The notes: a model not told the origin generated them from the sequence alone. Counted from the first letter of the stretch, positions 9,250 to 18,981 are shown. The stretch: 64,000 nucleotides of DNA from Minisyncoccota bacterium (GCA_041674285.1 JBAYVZ010000001.1:165129-229128), one strand, 5' to 3'. Numbers and translations are program-made.

Positions 9250-10182
9250 TTAAGAATCTAGACCATTAATACATGCATTGAATTTAATTACCTGCATATT
9301 ATAATCTTCGATCTGGGATTTTAATTTCTGGAGCAGTGAATTATAAGAGGACGCTAGGGAATTGTAATCATTAATTTGCTCATTTGTGGTTTTACCCCCA
9401 TACACTCCCCCGCTATCTATATTATTCTTTTGGATATCCAATTCTTTTTGATAATTATCTATTTTTTTCTGATTTAAACTGATCGCAGTATCTAGTACTT
9501 TGTCTATACTAGGACACAGGCTCTTTGGTGTACCAAAATGTTGTACTGCCATCCACACATTGCGACCATTGTATTTACCTTGACCCACGGCTATACCGAT
9601 CTCTGTATATTTAGAATTGAGGATGTTTGCTCTGTGTCCGGGGCTATCCATCCATGCTTTAACTAGATCATAATTATCTTTGAAATTTCCGAGAGCTAGA
9701 TTTTCGCCAATCACTATGTACTCATATCCTACCTGATTACCCAGATCTCCCACTCCTTTACCTCCAGGAGAATTGTGTTCGAAATACTGCTTCTCGAACA
9801 TGTCTTTTACTTTAATCTCAGCAGAAGTATTTAATTTTCTATTTAGAGAAAGTGGGAGTAGATCTGAGGTGTCTTTTCTAAATACATTTGTAGAATTTAA
9901 TATGCCGTCTACGGTCAGAGATTGATTGTTGATTGTTCCGGTGATTAGTGGATCTATGACCCGGAGAGGCTCTGGTTCATTTACAATCTTTTTGATGATG
10001 TCTATCTTTGACTGAGGCTCTGGATTTAGGTCAAATACAGGGCTAGTATCAGATTTTAAATCAGCATTATTCTCATCGATAAAAGAGAGGGTATGCACAT
10101 ACAAGTCTTTTATCTCTACCCTATATGAGTAAAAAAGCATAGAAACCAATACTATTATGATTATATTTGAAAGTGTACGCAT
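9250..10182 (-). CDS. Secreted CAP / SCP / PR-1-like domain protein
   Basis: N-terminal TM/signal sequence. C-terminal CAP-domain motifs FEHNSPGG, GENLA and VKAWMDSPGHRANIL. A hairpin plus T-run terminator lies downstream at about 9208-9232. Confidence 0.7.
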   Translation of the reverse strand: MRTLSNIIIIVLVSMLFYSYRVEIKDLYVHTLSFIDENNADLKSDTSPVFDLNPEPQSKIDIIKKIVNEPEPLRVIDPLITGTINNQSLTVDGILNSTNVFRKDTSDLLPLSLNRKLNTSAEIKVKDMFEKQYFEHNSPGGKGVGDLGNQVGYEYIVIGENLALGNFKDNYDLVKAWMDSPGHRANILNSKYTEIGIAVGQGKYNGRNVWMAVQHFGTPKSLCPSIDKVLDTAISLNQKKIDNYQKELDIQKNNIDSGGVYGGKTTNEQINDYNSLASSYNSLLQKLKSQIEDYNMQVIKFNACINGLDS

Positions 10183-10367
10183 TTGATTTATATTATAAAT
10201 ATACTATATATTTTAGCATTTTTAGGGATATTTCCCATATAAAACAAGGCCCCATCTACCCCTTGATTTTATCAGAGAATTCAGGTATACTAATACAAGT
10301 TTAATTATAAGGTATTTATCAAAAGTTTTCTAGGCTTTATGGCCCTGAAAACAGATGTTTTAACATT

Positions 10368-10640
10368 ATGGCACATAGGAAAGCTGGCGGTAGCGCTAAA
10401 AACTTAACAGATTCAAATCCAAAGTATCTAGGTACTAAGCTTTATGCTGGTCAAACTGCAAAAGCTGGTTCAATCATCATTCGTCAGCGTGGTACAAAAA
10501 TCTTAGCTGGTACAAATGTTGATACAGGAAAAGATCATACCCTTTTTGCACTCAAAGAAGGTAAAATTAAATTTACAACAAAAAGAAAAATAAACTTTAA
10601 CGGAACTACTTCAGTTAAAAAAGTTGTAAACGTAATATAA
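10368..10640 (+). CDS. rpmA: 50S ribosomal protein L27
   Basis: MAHRKAGGS ... [12 protein letters not shown] ... GKDHTLFA matches the L27 signature along its full length. Confidence 0.93.
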   Translation: MAHRKAGGSAKNLTDSNPKYLGTKLYAGQTAKAGSIIIRQRGTKILAGTNVDTGKDHTLFALKEGKIKFTTKRKINFNGTTSVKKVVNVI

Positions 10641-10643
10641 TAA

Positions 10644-10671
10644 AAAACCTCTCACACGAGAGGTTTTTTTA
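10644..10671 (+). terminator. Rho-independent terminator after rpmA
   Basis: Hairpin AAAACCTCTC-acac-GAGAGGTTTT followed by TTT. Confidence 0.75.
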
Positions 10672-10675
10672 ATAT

Positions 10676-11119
10676 CTATTTGTTTATTATTTGAATTTTG
10701 CACTCCCCTATTTCGTCACCTTTTTTAATCTTGAAAGAATGACTTCCCAATTCTTTTATTGGATTCGGTATGACTATAGAATGATCGTCTACAATATTCC
10801 CAGTTTTTTCTTTGATTAATTTTACAATATCTTTTGGAGATACAGCAGAGAAAAGATGCCCTTTTTCATTTGCTTTTATAGTCAGTGATAGTGATTCATT
10901 ATTTATCCTGTCTACCATACTATAAAATATAGCTACTTCTTCATCGTGCTTTTTTTGCATGGACTTTTTCTTGCTCTCTACTACTGCTATTGCATTGGGA
11001 GTAGCCAGTTCAGCTAATCCTTTTGCTATTAGAACATTGCGAGCATATCCATCTGCAAATTCTTTAATGTCGTATTTTTTACCAATCTTTTGTATGTCTG
11101 CCAATAATATAACTTTCAT
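10676..11119 (-). CDS. rplI: 50S ribosomal protein L9
   Basis: MKVILLADIQKIGKKYDIKEFADGYARN matches the L9 N-domain. Length is 147 aa. Confidence 0.85.
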   Translation of the reverse strand: MKVILLADIQKIGKKYDIKEFADGYARNVLIAKGLAELATPNAIAVVESKKKSMQKKHDEEVAIFYSMVDRINNESLSLTIKANEKGHLFSAVSPKDIVKLIKEKTGNIVDDHSIVIPNPIKELGSHSFKIKKGDEIGECKIQIINK

Positions 11120-11237
11120 CCCATTAGAAGTAGATAATCTTTAGATTATCGTACATTATTTAACTAATAATATCGAATATAAATAATTTTTTTAAATAGA
11201 CCCCGTGTTAAAACAACATATATGACTTCTAACGGGA
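11120..11237 (+). repeat. TIR-bounded intergenic element, subtype 2 (copy A), 118 bp
   Basis: Begins CCCATTAGAAG, directly abutting the rplI start codon (CAT on the plus strand), and ends CTTCTAACGGGA. It contains the hairpin GATAATC-ttta-GATTATC. It is nearly identical to the copies at 13980 and 31095 (the latter reverse-complemented). Confidence 0.85.
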
Positions 11238-11286
11238 TTCATATATAGAATATAACACTATAAAATACCTCATGCAAATACCAATA

Positions 11287-11313
11287 CAAAAGGCCCCCAA
11301 GGGGCCTTTTGTA
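11287..11313. terminator. Hairpin terminator downstream of ctpA
   Basis: AAAAGGCCCC-caa-GGGGCCTTTT. Confidence 0.7.
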
Positions 11314-11315
11314 TA

Positions 11316-12542
11316 TTAATTACCTTTTAATATCTCTACTGCTTTATCTAGCTGGGGATCTTTTTTTTCTAGAATATCTTTAGCTGTGATAGGAACCACA
11401 TGATCAGGAGTAAGACCCTTCTCAGATATAGAGTCACCATTAGGGGTGAGCCATCGAGCTATTGTGACTTTTAATGATGTATCTTTTGTTATCTCGACGA
11501 CCTCCTGCACAGAGCCTTTTCCGAAAGTTTTTTCTCCTACGATAACAGCCACACCATTTTGCTGCAAAGCCCCAGCGAGTATCTCAGACGCAGAAGCGGA
11601 GCCTCCATCTACAATAATAGCCAATTTTAATTCATCAGTAAAAACTTTTGGTCCACGACTTTTTATTACATCAGGCTTTCTCTTTTCTCCATAATCCTCC
11701 GTAACAATAACCTTACCAGCATCTAAAAACCAATTAGAGATATTTACAGCAGAATCTAGATATCCACCAGGGTTACCTCGCAAGTCTACAACTAGCTTGT
11801 CGTATTTAGTCTTGCTAAATTCTAGTAATGCTTGACGGAATAATTCTGCAGAATTTTCAGAGAAACTATATAGACTTATAATGAACACTCCATCTTCGCG
11901 AGCTTCTGTATCTATCGTAGGTATCTCTATCGTGTCACGAGTGATAGACACATCCCTAGGAGACTTCTCACCCTTGCGATAAATGTTTAAGACAACATCA
12001 GTACCCTTTTCCCCTCGTATCAAACTTATAGCCTTGTCTACTGTCATATCGGTTGTATCAACTTTATCTATTTTAAGTATTTTATCTCCAGATTTCAATC
12101 CTACCTTAAAAGCAGGAGTATCCCTCAGCGGTGCTACTATTGTCAGAATTTTGTCTTTTATACCAATCTCTGCTCCGATACCACCAAATGATCCATGTAT
12201 GCTATCACTAAATAGCTTGCTCTCTTCTGGTGGAAAGAAAACAGTATAGGGGTCGCCTAGTGACGAGGCTAAGCCTTGCACTGCACCCCATACTTTTTCT
12301 TGGTCTGTCTTCTTGTTTGCATATATAGATTTTTCATTTATCTTTTGCCATACTTTCCAAAAAGGCGCAAAATCTGCATTTGTAGACACAGTGGAATCTG
12401 TAGTATTAGAAATATTTATTACTGGTAAAATTTCTGGCTGTTGTTTTTTACCAAAGAAATATCCTCCCCAGAATACACCGACTACTAACACGAAAGAAGC
12501 TATTGTGAAAAAATATTTCGAATTTAATTTTATTTGTTTCAT
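11316..12542 (-). CDS. ctpA: Carboxyl-terminal processing protease (S41 peptidase with PDZ domain)
   Basis: N-terminal TM anchor, PDZ domain (GLKSGDKILKID), S41 motifs (NPGGYLDSAV, DGGSASASEILAG) and TFGKGSVQ. Confidence 0.85.
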   Translation of the reverse strand: MKQIKLNSKYFFTIASFVLVVGVFWGGYFFGKKQQPEILPVINISNTTDSTVSTNADFAPFWKVWQKINEKSIYANKKTDQEKVWGAVQGLASSLGDPYTVFFPPEESKLFSDSIHGSFGGIGAEIGIKDKILTIVAPLRDTPAFKVGLKSGDKILKIDKVDTTDMTVDKAISLIRGEKGTDVVLNIYRKGEKSPRDVSITRDTIEIPTIDTEAREDGVFIISLYSFSENSAELFRQALLEFSKTKYDKLVVDLRGNPGGYLDSAVNISNWFLDAGKVIVTEDYGEKRKPDVIKSRGPKVFTDELKLAIIVDGGSASASEILAGALQQNGVAVIVGEKTFGKGSVQEVVEITKDTSLKVTIARWLTPNGDSISEKGLTPDHVVPITAKDILEKKDPQLDKAVEILKGN

Positions 12543-12551
12543 TGAATTTTA

Positions 12552-13760
12552 TTAATTTTGTAGCTTGAGAGCTTTTGGTGTATAGACATTCTTGGGATCC
12601 CATAACATCCAAGAAGTGACCCCTATCTTTTCTGAACTATCTATTTGAGCTCGAACTAGACTCTCTGTATATGTAGCACCCATATCAAAGTCTTGTAACC
12701 AAGGACGAATTTTTGATTTTGGTAGGCCCATAGCTTCTGTTTTCTTTATGGCACCTAGTATTGAATTGTTTATTACAGTACCAGGATTGGCTGCAGGATT
12801 TTTCAATCCATATTGACCTGCTGGATAATGAGATGGGTACACCATAGGGGCTATGTAGTCGAAGTGTGGTATTATCTTTTCCCATATCTGACCTATGCCC
12901 ATATCATCTTTTGCCTCAGTAGTCAGACCAAATACATCAGCGGAGGTGATTATATTATTTTCTTTTTTGACTTCAGAATTTAGGCTGGAGAAAAATTTCT
13001 CTAGGTTGTCAGAGCGAGTAGTACCTTCTTTTAATTTATAATTTATATCTTTCATATTTCCATCAGAAGGATATCTAATATAATCAAAATTTATCTCATC
13101 AAATCCTATAGCATACGAAGCCTTTGCTATTGCTACTGTATAATGCAGTACTTCTTCTTGGGCAGGATCTAGAAACGATAAACCCTTTCTATCTTTCCAC
13201 ACTTTACCATCACTCTTGCGAGTTATAGCCCACTCTGGTTTTTTGGAAGTTAAGTATGAATCTTGAAATACAGATACACGACCAATTACGTATATATTTT
13301 TCTTATGCAAATCTTCTATAAATGTATCCATATCTCGCACACGATTCTCCACGGAGCCTAATTCCGTAATAAATGGGTCAGCTGTTTTAAAAGACACACG
13401 ACCAGTAGCATCTTTTATATCTATAACTACAGCATTCAGTTCTGTTGTGTCTATTATGTCGACGAGCTTTGACCTACGACTAGGAACTCCAGCTATCCAA
13501 CTGGACATATAAAGAGCTTTTACTTGATCTGGGGTAGAGATATGAGTAGCGATCCTAGGCACTACCTCATCAGACAATACAGATACAGGATCTAAGCCTG
13601 GAGCGGACTCTGAATTCGAGGCAATATTTAGGTTATCATTGAGATTACTAGGTGAATCTTTCTTACTAAAAACAAAAAGATACAAGAAAAAACAAACCAG
13701 CACAAAAACAAACATCATGATGAAATTTCTAAAATGTTTTTTCTTGATTATTATTGTCAT
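12552..13760 (-). CDS. Membrane-anchored putative glycoside-hydrolase-like TIM-barrel protein (DUF4015/GHL-like); tentative
   Basis: N-terminal TM helix, then about 340 aa with alternating beta/alpha character and conserved acidic residues (DEINFDYIRYP). The family assignment is from memory and is not strong. Confidence 0.35.
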   Translation of the reverse strand: MTIIIKKKHFRNFIMMFVFVLVCFFLYLFVFSKKDSPSNLNDNLNIASNSESAPGLDPVSVLSDEVVPRIATHISTPDQVKALYMSSWIAGVPSRRSKLVDIIDTTELNAVVIDIKDATGRVSFKTADPFITELGSVENRVRDMDTFIEDLHKKNIYVIGRVSVFQDSYLTSKKPEWAITRKSDGKVWKDRKGLSFLDPAQEEVLHYTVAIAKASYAIGFDEINFDYIRYPSDGNMKDINYKLKEGTTRSDNLEKFFSSLNSEVKKENNIITSADVFGLTTEAKDDMGIGQIWEKIIPHFDYIAPMVYPSHYPAGQYGLKNPAANPGTVINNSILGAIKKTEAMGLPKSKIRPWLQDFDMGATYTESLVRAQIDSSEKIGVTSWMLWDPKNVYTPKALKLQN

Positions 13761-13763
13761 ATT

Positions 13764-13979
13764 TTATTGATTAGGATTGTTGCTATCTACAAATGGCTGC
13801 ATGTTGTTTTCTTCTGAATATATTCTCCTTTTTGCATTTCGGTAAAAATGGTAACCAACAAAAGAAACAAGTAAACCCAAAATGCTTATTAATAGTGACC
13901 TAAAAAAACTAGGGATTCCCATGTAAGGCAAAATAGCGATTAATATTCCTACGATTAAAAGTATGCGTTCTTTTCTCAT
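13764..13979 (-). CDS. Small 2-TM membrane protein (71 aa, hypothetical)
   Basis: Two hydrophobic helices. Its start codon abuts the terminus of element copy B. Confidence 0.4.
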   Translation of the reverse strand: MRKERILLIVGILIAILPYMGIPSFFRSLLISILGLLVSFVGYHFYRNAKRRIYSEENNMQPFVDSNNPNQ

Positions 13980-14098
13980 CCCGTTAGAAGTAGATAATCT
14001 TTAGATTATCGTACATAAATTAAATAATAATATCGAATATAAATATTTTCTTAAAACAAAATCCGTAGCTTGAATGACATATATGACTTCGCACGGGA
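13980..14098 (+). repeat. TIR-bounded intergenic element, subtype 2 (copy B), 119 bp
   Basis: Begins CCCGTTAGAAGTAGATAATCTTTAGATTATCG and ends in the degenerate CTTCGCACGGGA. It is collinear with copy A and with the reverse complement of copy G. Confidence 0.85.
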
Positions 14099-14121
14099 CT
14101 CATTATTTGATTATAAACTAT

Positions 14122-14811
14122 TTAAGAACGAGCTACAATGACAACAAATTCTCCACGGACTTTATCTGTATTTTTTGTAAAGTAGTCAAGGGTATAAGAG
14201 GCGTCACCTTTGACAAATTGCTCGAAAGTCTTGGTCAATTCACGGCAAACAACAACTGTACGCTTTTCATCGAGCACACTCGATAGTGATTCCAGAGTCT
14301 TCATTATTCTATGACTTGATTCATAGAATACATAAGTACGATCATTCCCCGCGATTTCCTTGAATAGAGTCTCTCTCCCCTTTTTATGAGGCAAAAATCC
14401 GAGAAAGATAAAATCGGCAGCAGATACACCAGAAGCTGATATGGCAGATACGAGAGCACTAGCACCTGGTATAGGTACCACGCGAGCTTCGGAGCCAAAT
14501 GATTCATATACTTGGGCGACTAGCATGACACCTGGGTCTGAGATACATGGAGTACCCGCATCGGATACTAGTGCGAGATTTTTACCCTCTTCGAGCATTT
14601 GAATAATTACATTTTCTTTATTCTTTGTACTGTGGGCGTGGTAACTCACACATTTTGTATGTATATCGTATTTATTGAGGAGTACGCGTGTAGTGCGAGT
14701 ATCCTCGCAGAGTATCGTATCTACCTCTCCTAGTATGCGAATAGCCCGGAGAGTCATATCCTCGAGGTTGCCGATCGGTGTCGCTACTATGTATAGTGTG
14801 CCTTTTTCCAT
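14122..14811 (-). CDS. rsmI: 16S rRNA (cytidine1402-2'-O)-methyltransferase RsmI
   Basis: Tetrapyrrole-methylase fold. The N-terminus MEKGTLYIVATPIGNLEDMTLRAIRIL is the RsmI hallmark. Start placed at this internal Met rather than the track start at 14856. Confidence 0.85.
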   Translation of the reverse strand: MEKGTLYIVATPIGNLEDMTLRAIRILGEVDTILCEDTRTTRVLLNKYDIHTKCVSYHAHSTKNKENVIIQMLEEGKNLALVSDAGTPCISDPGVMLVAQVYESFGSEARVVPIPGASALVSAISASGVSAADFIFLGFLPHKKGRETLFKEIAGNDRTYVFYESSHRIMKTLESLSSVLDEKRTVVVCRELTKTFEQFVKGDASYTLDYFTKNTDKVRGEFVVIVARS

Positions 14812-14861
14812 ATGTGGATTATATAGCAAAAAGGCATAAAAACCAATCGTAAGCATAAATA

Positions 14862-14898
14862 AAAACCAGTCCCAAGCACGACTTAGGACTGGTTTTAA
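14862..14898. terminator. Hairpin terminator downstream of the DoxX gene
   Basis: AAAACCAGTCC ... GGACTGGTTTT. Confidence 0.65.
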
Positions 14899-14913
14899 AT
14901 TGAGAAACTTAAA

Positions 14914-15276
14914 TTACAGGAACATAAGAAGTGCACCAATGAGGGCAACGTTCTTCATAAATGCGATTTGATCATTCATCTTCGCTTGAGCATCTTTTTC
15001 TTCCCAGAAATTGTGCATCATGAATGTAGTAGGCACCATGAACAATGTCAAAATCAATGCTGAAGCATTAGTATAAGCAGGACTTATAGCGAGCAAAATA
15101 CCTGCACCTCCGACTACTAGCATCACACCAGTGATGAGAACTGCCAATTCTGGCATAGGCACCTTCTTGAATTTTGCATAACCAGCAAGACTCTTTTGAT
15201 TTCTAAAATGATTAATACCTGAATAAAGAAAATACGCCCCAAACAAAACACGCCCTAATATTGCTAATGCCATCAT
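14914..15276 (-). CDS. DoxX-family membrane protein
   Basis: 120 aa with 3-4 TM helices and a typical DoxX N-terminus (LGRVLFGAYFLYSGINHF). Confidence 0.65.
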   Translation of the reverse strand: MMALAILGRVLFGAYFLYSGINHFRNQKSLAGYAKFKKVPMPELAVLITGVMLVVGGAGILLAISPAYTNASALILTLFMVPTTFMMHNFWEEKDAQAKMNDQIAFMKNVALIGALLMFL

Positions 15277-15380
15277 AATGATTTTGATTCTGCGGAATCA
15301 CTTCGCACACGCGATGCTATCCGATTAACTGTTAATATGCACATAGTATACCATACACATACTTGCATTCAACAAACATA

Positions 15381-15408
15381 AAAACCTCAGTAATTCTGAG
15401 GTTTTTAT
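15381..15408. terminator. Hairpin terminator downstream of gatB
   Basis: AAAACCTCAG-taattc-TGAGGTTTTT. Confidence 0.7.
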
Positions 15409-15425
15409 TGTAAAACTATTTAGAT

Positions 15426-16838
15426 TTAAGCGAGGAGTTCCTTTAGAATCTTTTGGACTAGAGCTGGGTTAGCTGATCCTTTAGTTTCTTTCATAATCTG
15501 TCCTACTAGTGACATCAGTGCATTCTCCTTGCCACCTTTGTACGTAGCGACGACTTGAGGATTCGCATCGATGATCTTTTGTGCGATTTCCTTTAATGCA
15601 CCTTCATCATTCTTCTGTATCAAATCTTTTTCTGTAGCAATCTTCATCGGTGATTCATCTGCGATTACAATCATAGCTAGGATATCCTTTGCTGCGCGAG
15701 ATGAGATAAGACCATCTGTAGTCATACGAATCAATTCTGCAAAGTGCTCGTTGTTCGGTAGATTTATCTCTGGATTGGATTTCTTCAGTCCTAGGTAGTC
15801 TGAGGTGATATAGTTTGAAGCAGTCTTGATCTGCTCAGGGCCATTTAGTTTTGCCGCCACTCCTTCGAACCATTCAGCCAATTTCATATCTCCTACATAA
15901 CTCTCAATATCTTCATCTTTGATGCCATAGTCCTTTTGATATCGAGCACGCTTTGCACTCGGTAGCTCTGGTAGATCATCGCGTAGTTCTTGCATATTGA
16001 ACATCTTGCTCAGATAGAATTTTGGGATATCTGGATCTGGGAAATATCTGTAGTCATCGGCAGTCTCCTTTCTACGCTGAGAGAAAGTCTTTTGCTTTGC
16101 ATCATCCCATCCACGAGTCTCTTTTACTATCTCTTCAATCTTGCCTGCTTCTATTAGGTCTATCATGCGCTTTTGTTCGTAGATAGCAGCACGTTCAGCT
16201 GATTTGAATGAAGCAATATTTTTCACTTCTACTGGTATACCGAATAAATCCTTCTCAGTAGATACAGAGATATTCACCTCGACACGCATCTGACCTTTTT
16301 CCATATTTGCATCTGACACACCGAGATATCGTAGTAGCATCTGTAGCTCTTTTGCAAAATTTCCGATCTGCTCAATGTCATGTATCACAGGCTCGGTCAC
16401 TAGCTCCATGAGCGGCACTCCAGCACGATTGAAATCTACCAGAGATCCATCTGCACTGTGGGATGATGTCGCTGTATCCTCCTCGAGGTGTACACGAGTG
16501 ATATCCACCCCTGCCAATTTACCACCTTTGACTATTGGGTATTTATATTGTGAAATCTGATATGCTTTTGGAATATCTGGATAAAAGTAGTTTTTACGGT
16601 CAAATTCAGTGAAATCGGAAACTTCCCCATCTATAGCCATTCCTACGCGTACGACGCTCTCTATGGCCTTTTTATTACATACTGGGAGGGTTCCTGGGTG
16701 GGCCATACATACTGGGCATACGTTGTAATTTGGGTGATTTTCCTCGGGATCGTTCTTGCACCCGCAAAACATCTTGGAGACTGTATTCAGCTCCGCATGA
16801 ATTTCAAGACCTATTGTTGTGTAGTATTTCTGTGACAT
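15426..16838 (-). CDS. gatB: Asp-tRNA(Asn)/Glu-tRNA(Gln) amidotransferase subunit B
   Basis: N-terminus YTTIGLEIHAELNT...KMFCGC. The full-length GatB/GatE fold is followed by a C-terminal YqeY-like helical domain. Confidence 0.9.
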   Translation of the reverse strand: MSQKYYTTIGLEIHAELNTVSKMFCGCKNDPEENHPNYNVCPVCMAHPGTLPVCNKKAIESVVRVGMAIDGEVSDFTEFDRKNYFYPDIPKAYQISQYKYPIVKGGKLAGVDITRVHLEEDTATSSHSADGSLVDFNRAGVPLMELVTEPVIHDIEQIGNFAKELQMLLRYLGVSDANMEKGQMRVEVNISVSTEKDLFGIPVEVKNIASFKSAERAAIYEQKRMIDLIEAGKIEEIVKETRGWDDAKQKTFSQRRKETADDYRYFPDPDIPKFYLSKMFNMQELRDDLPELPSAKRARYQKDYGIKDEDIESYVGDMKLAEWFEGVAAKLNGPEQIKTASNYITSDYLGLKKSNPEINLPNNEHFAELIRMTTDGLISSRAAKDILAMIVIADESPMKIATEKDLIQKNDEGALKEIAQKIIDANPQVVATYKGGKENALMSLVGQIMKETKGSANPALVQKILKELLA

Positions 16839-16856
16839 AAAGAGATTATAGCAAAA

Positions 16857-16886
16857 AAAACACCCATACTCTAGTGTGGGTGTTTT
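16857..16886. terminator. Hairpin terminator between the RDD gene and gatB
   Basis: AACACCCATACTCTAGTGTGGGTGTT flanked by A-run and T-run. Confidence 0.7.
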
Positions 16887-16892
16887 TAAAAC

Positions 16893-17534
16893 TTACAGGA
16901 TGTCTCTTAGTGAAGAATCTACATTTTGATTTTGATTCATCATTTTGATGTTAGCTTTTTCTCTAGCTTTCACCAATGACTGCAAAGCGATTGAAGCCAT
17001 TATCCCTATGATAGCTATAATAATGAGAGTGATAATGATAGTAGCTATGACGCTTCTCTTGTTTGATTTTTTTAATTCAACCCAATCAATTGATTTTACA
17101 TTTTCAGCAGTATATTCATCGGGAACTACAGTTGTTTTTGCCCATTTATCATGCCAACCAAAAGGATTCTTGTTATTCAGAAAACTAAGAACTTCAAAAG
17201 GAACAAATCGACTCAGAGATCTAATTAAAATTTGCTTTTGAGTCGGTGTACTACCATCTAGACTTACAACCTTTGTTTTTGTAATCCATTTACCTGGTGT
17301 TTTCTGCCAAAGACTTTCAAATATAAAATAAAAAACTATTGTAGAGAATATAACCAAAAGATTTGATACCAAACCATATGTCGTAATAAATATACTCATT
17401 ATTATGATTAATACATAAGTACAAACATAATCAACAACATGATTGATTAGTCGCTTCTTAAAGTGCACAGGCTTATAACCCACTACTACACTGTCTTTGC
17501 TTTCTGTCATGAAATTTAAAATAAATATGTACAA
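16893..17534 (-). CDS. RDD-family membrane protein
   Basis: An RDD-like region (LWQKTPGKWITKTKVV) between TM helices. An alternative start is the Met at 17510. Confidence 0.55.
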   Translation of the reverse strand: MYIFILNFMTESKDSVVVGYKPVHFKKRLINHVVDYVCTYVLIIIMSIFITTYGLVSNLLVIFSTIVFYFIFESLWQKTPGKWITKTKVVSLDGSTPTQKQILIRSLSRFVPFEVLSFLNNKNPFGWHDKWAKTTVVPDEYTAENVKSIDWVELKKSNKRSVIATIIITLIIIAIIGIMASIALQSLVKAREKANIKMMNQNQNVDSSLRDIL

Positions 17535-17677
17535 ATTTTGACTAAAAATTCTCTATATACATAATGAATATTATAAACATATTATACAACATAATGCTCA
17601 AAATATATAAAATTACATTTAACATATCAAACAAAATGTGATAATATCTATCCATTGCCCAAGTGGGTAATATGTAA

Positions 17678-17759
17678 GCCCGAGTGGCGGAATTGGTATA
17701 CGCGCACGACTTAAAATCGTGTCTCGCAAGGGATGCGGGTTCGACCCCCGCCTCGGGCA
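17678..17759 (+). tRNA. tRNA-Leu, anticodon UAA
   Basis: Cloverleaf readable by eye: acceptor GCCCGAG/CTCGGGC, anticodon stem CACGA/TCGTG with loop CTTAAAA (anticodon TAA), long variable arm (class II tRNA), T-arm GCGGGTTCGACCCCCGC, and discriminator A. No encoded CCA. Confidence 0.85.
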
Positions 17760-17764
17760 CAAGT

Positions 17765-17796
17765 AAAAAAGACCTCGCAAGAGGTTCTTTTTTATT
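17765..17796 (+). terminator. Rho-independent terminator after the tRNA
   Basis: AAAAAAGACCTC-gcaa-GAGGTTCTTTTTT. Confidence 0.7.
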
Positions 17797-17988
17797 TGTG
17801 CCCGAGAGAAAATGAACTGCTTCATTTTCATGCGGGGCGTCGAAAAGCTTTTCCTTGTGAACGAAGTTCAAGGAAAAGGTATACTGCCCCTGTAAGGGGA
17901 GACCACCCCGCCTCATACTTGTGACCAGTACCCAACTTTGCAAATCTAAAAGTACCCACCCCATAGGACGAGACCGCCCCGCCTCATA

Positions 17989-18912
17989 TTATAGATTTTC
18001 TCTCATCCTGTTAACTAGCTGTAAGAGTATTTGAGATCTCTCAGCCAATGAATTCATCGCGTATCTTAATTCTTTAATCTTATCCTCCATTTCCGGGTCT
18101 TCGATTTCTATTGATAATTTACTTGCATCCTCTTGTAGTGAGTTTGAAAAACGTCTAACTCCATAAGCAAGTTTTTCTAAATTTTCACTGCTTTCTTTAA
18201 ATGAAGATCCTCTTAATATCTGAATTTCCTCAAACATAACAGCCAATCTATTGATCTGATTTGTAAGACTAGATACGGATTCTGGACCAAAAGCTGAATC
18301 AAAATTTTGCAATTTTTTAATACCAGAGACCATCATATGAAATCTGTCGCTATCCTGTATTTGAGTTAGACCTTGTTGTTGTCTTTCGTAGAGAGCATCC
18401 AGCATTGTCTTAGAATTTAGAGATATATCTTCTGTGGCGTCTTTTAATTTATTTTCAATAATTTTATTTTCTTCATTCTTTCTAGATTCTTTAAATTCTA
18501 AGACCTTTGCATCCAAGCTTTCTTTTACTTGTTTCAATTTTTCAATGGAGTCCATTTCCGTCTTGACTGATGGAGGTAATTCATCAGAAACAGGCAATCC
18601 CAATTCAATTCGAACTTGATTTAATTTATCCTGAGTATCTTTAACTACTTCACTTTTTCTTTCAATCCCCTGATCTGTCTTTTCTGTCTTTGTCGCAAGA
18701 TAAGCCAAAAAACTAGCTCTATCTTCATCTTCGTTTTTTATTTCTTGCTTTTCAGGACTTACATTTTCAACTTCAACTTTTTTGCTAGAAAAAGTATCAT
18801 CAAAACCACCATCTTTTTCAAAAGTTTTTTCATCGTTTGATTTTTCAGATTGATCAGCTACTCTCTCTGCTCCACCAGAAGGTCTCCCCCGAAACATTTC
18901 ATTATTTGCCAT
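17989..18912 (-). CDS. Acidic coiled-coil protein (hypothetical, 307 aa)
   Basis: Glu/Lys/Asp-rich sequence with long predicted helices. No motif recognised. It lies upstream, on the same strand, of a small TM protein and an M23 peptidase. Confidence 0.4.
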   Translation of the reverse strand: MANNEMFRGRPSGGAERVADQSEKSNDEKTFEKDGGFDDTFSSKKVEVENVSPEKQEIKNEDEDRASFLAYLATKTEKTDQGIERKSEVVKDTQDKLNQVRIELGLPVSDELPPSVKTEMDSIEKLKQVKESLDAKVLEFKESRKNEENKIIENKLKDATEDISLNSKTMLDALYERQQQGLTQIQDSDRFHMMVSGIKKLQNFDSAFGPESVSSLTNQINRLAVMFEEIQILRGSSFKESSENLEKLAYGVRRFSNSLQEDASKLSIEIEDPEMEDKIKELRYAMNSLAERSQILLQLVNRMRENL

Positions 18913-18943
18913 ATTTACATTTTAACACATAAACATTGTACAA

Positions 18944-18978
18944 AAAAACCGACCAGGCAGGACCTGGTCGGTTTTACG
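18944..18978. terminator. Hairpin terminator downstream of the 101-aa gene
   Basis: AAAAACCGACCAGG-cag-GACCTGGTCGGTTTT. Confidence 0.7.
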
Positions 18979-18981
18979 CTC

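Noticed and set aside
14074-14286. ORF 14074-14286 (+)
   Set aside because: It starts inside element copy B and runs antisense into the 3' end of rsmI. It is almost certainly spurious.
17538-17566. TTGACT-16bp-CATAAT promoter-like pair about 110 bp upstream of tRNA-Leu
   Set aside because: It is a plausible sigma70-like match, but the -10 is imperfect and it sits far from the tRNA 5' end. This is too weak to annotate without transcription start site data.
17542-17964. Track ORFs 17542-17964 (-), 17619-17831 (-) and 17733-17924 (+) around the tRNA
   Set aside because: They overlap the tRNA-Leu gene, its terminator and a GC-rich structured region. Their translations are implausible, for example RRGGLPLQGQYTFS. 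Mutually overlapping ORFs in all frames indicate non-coding sequence.
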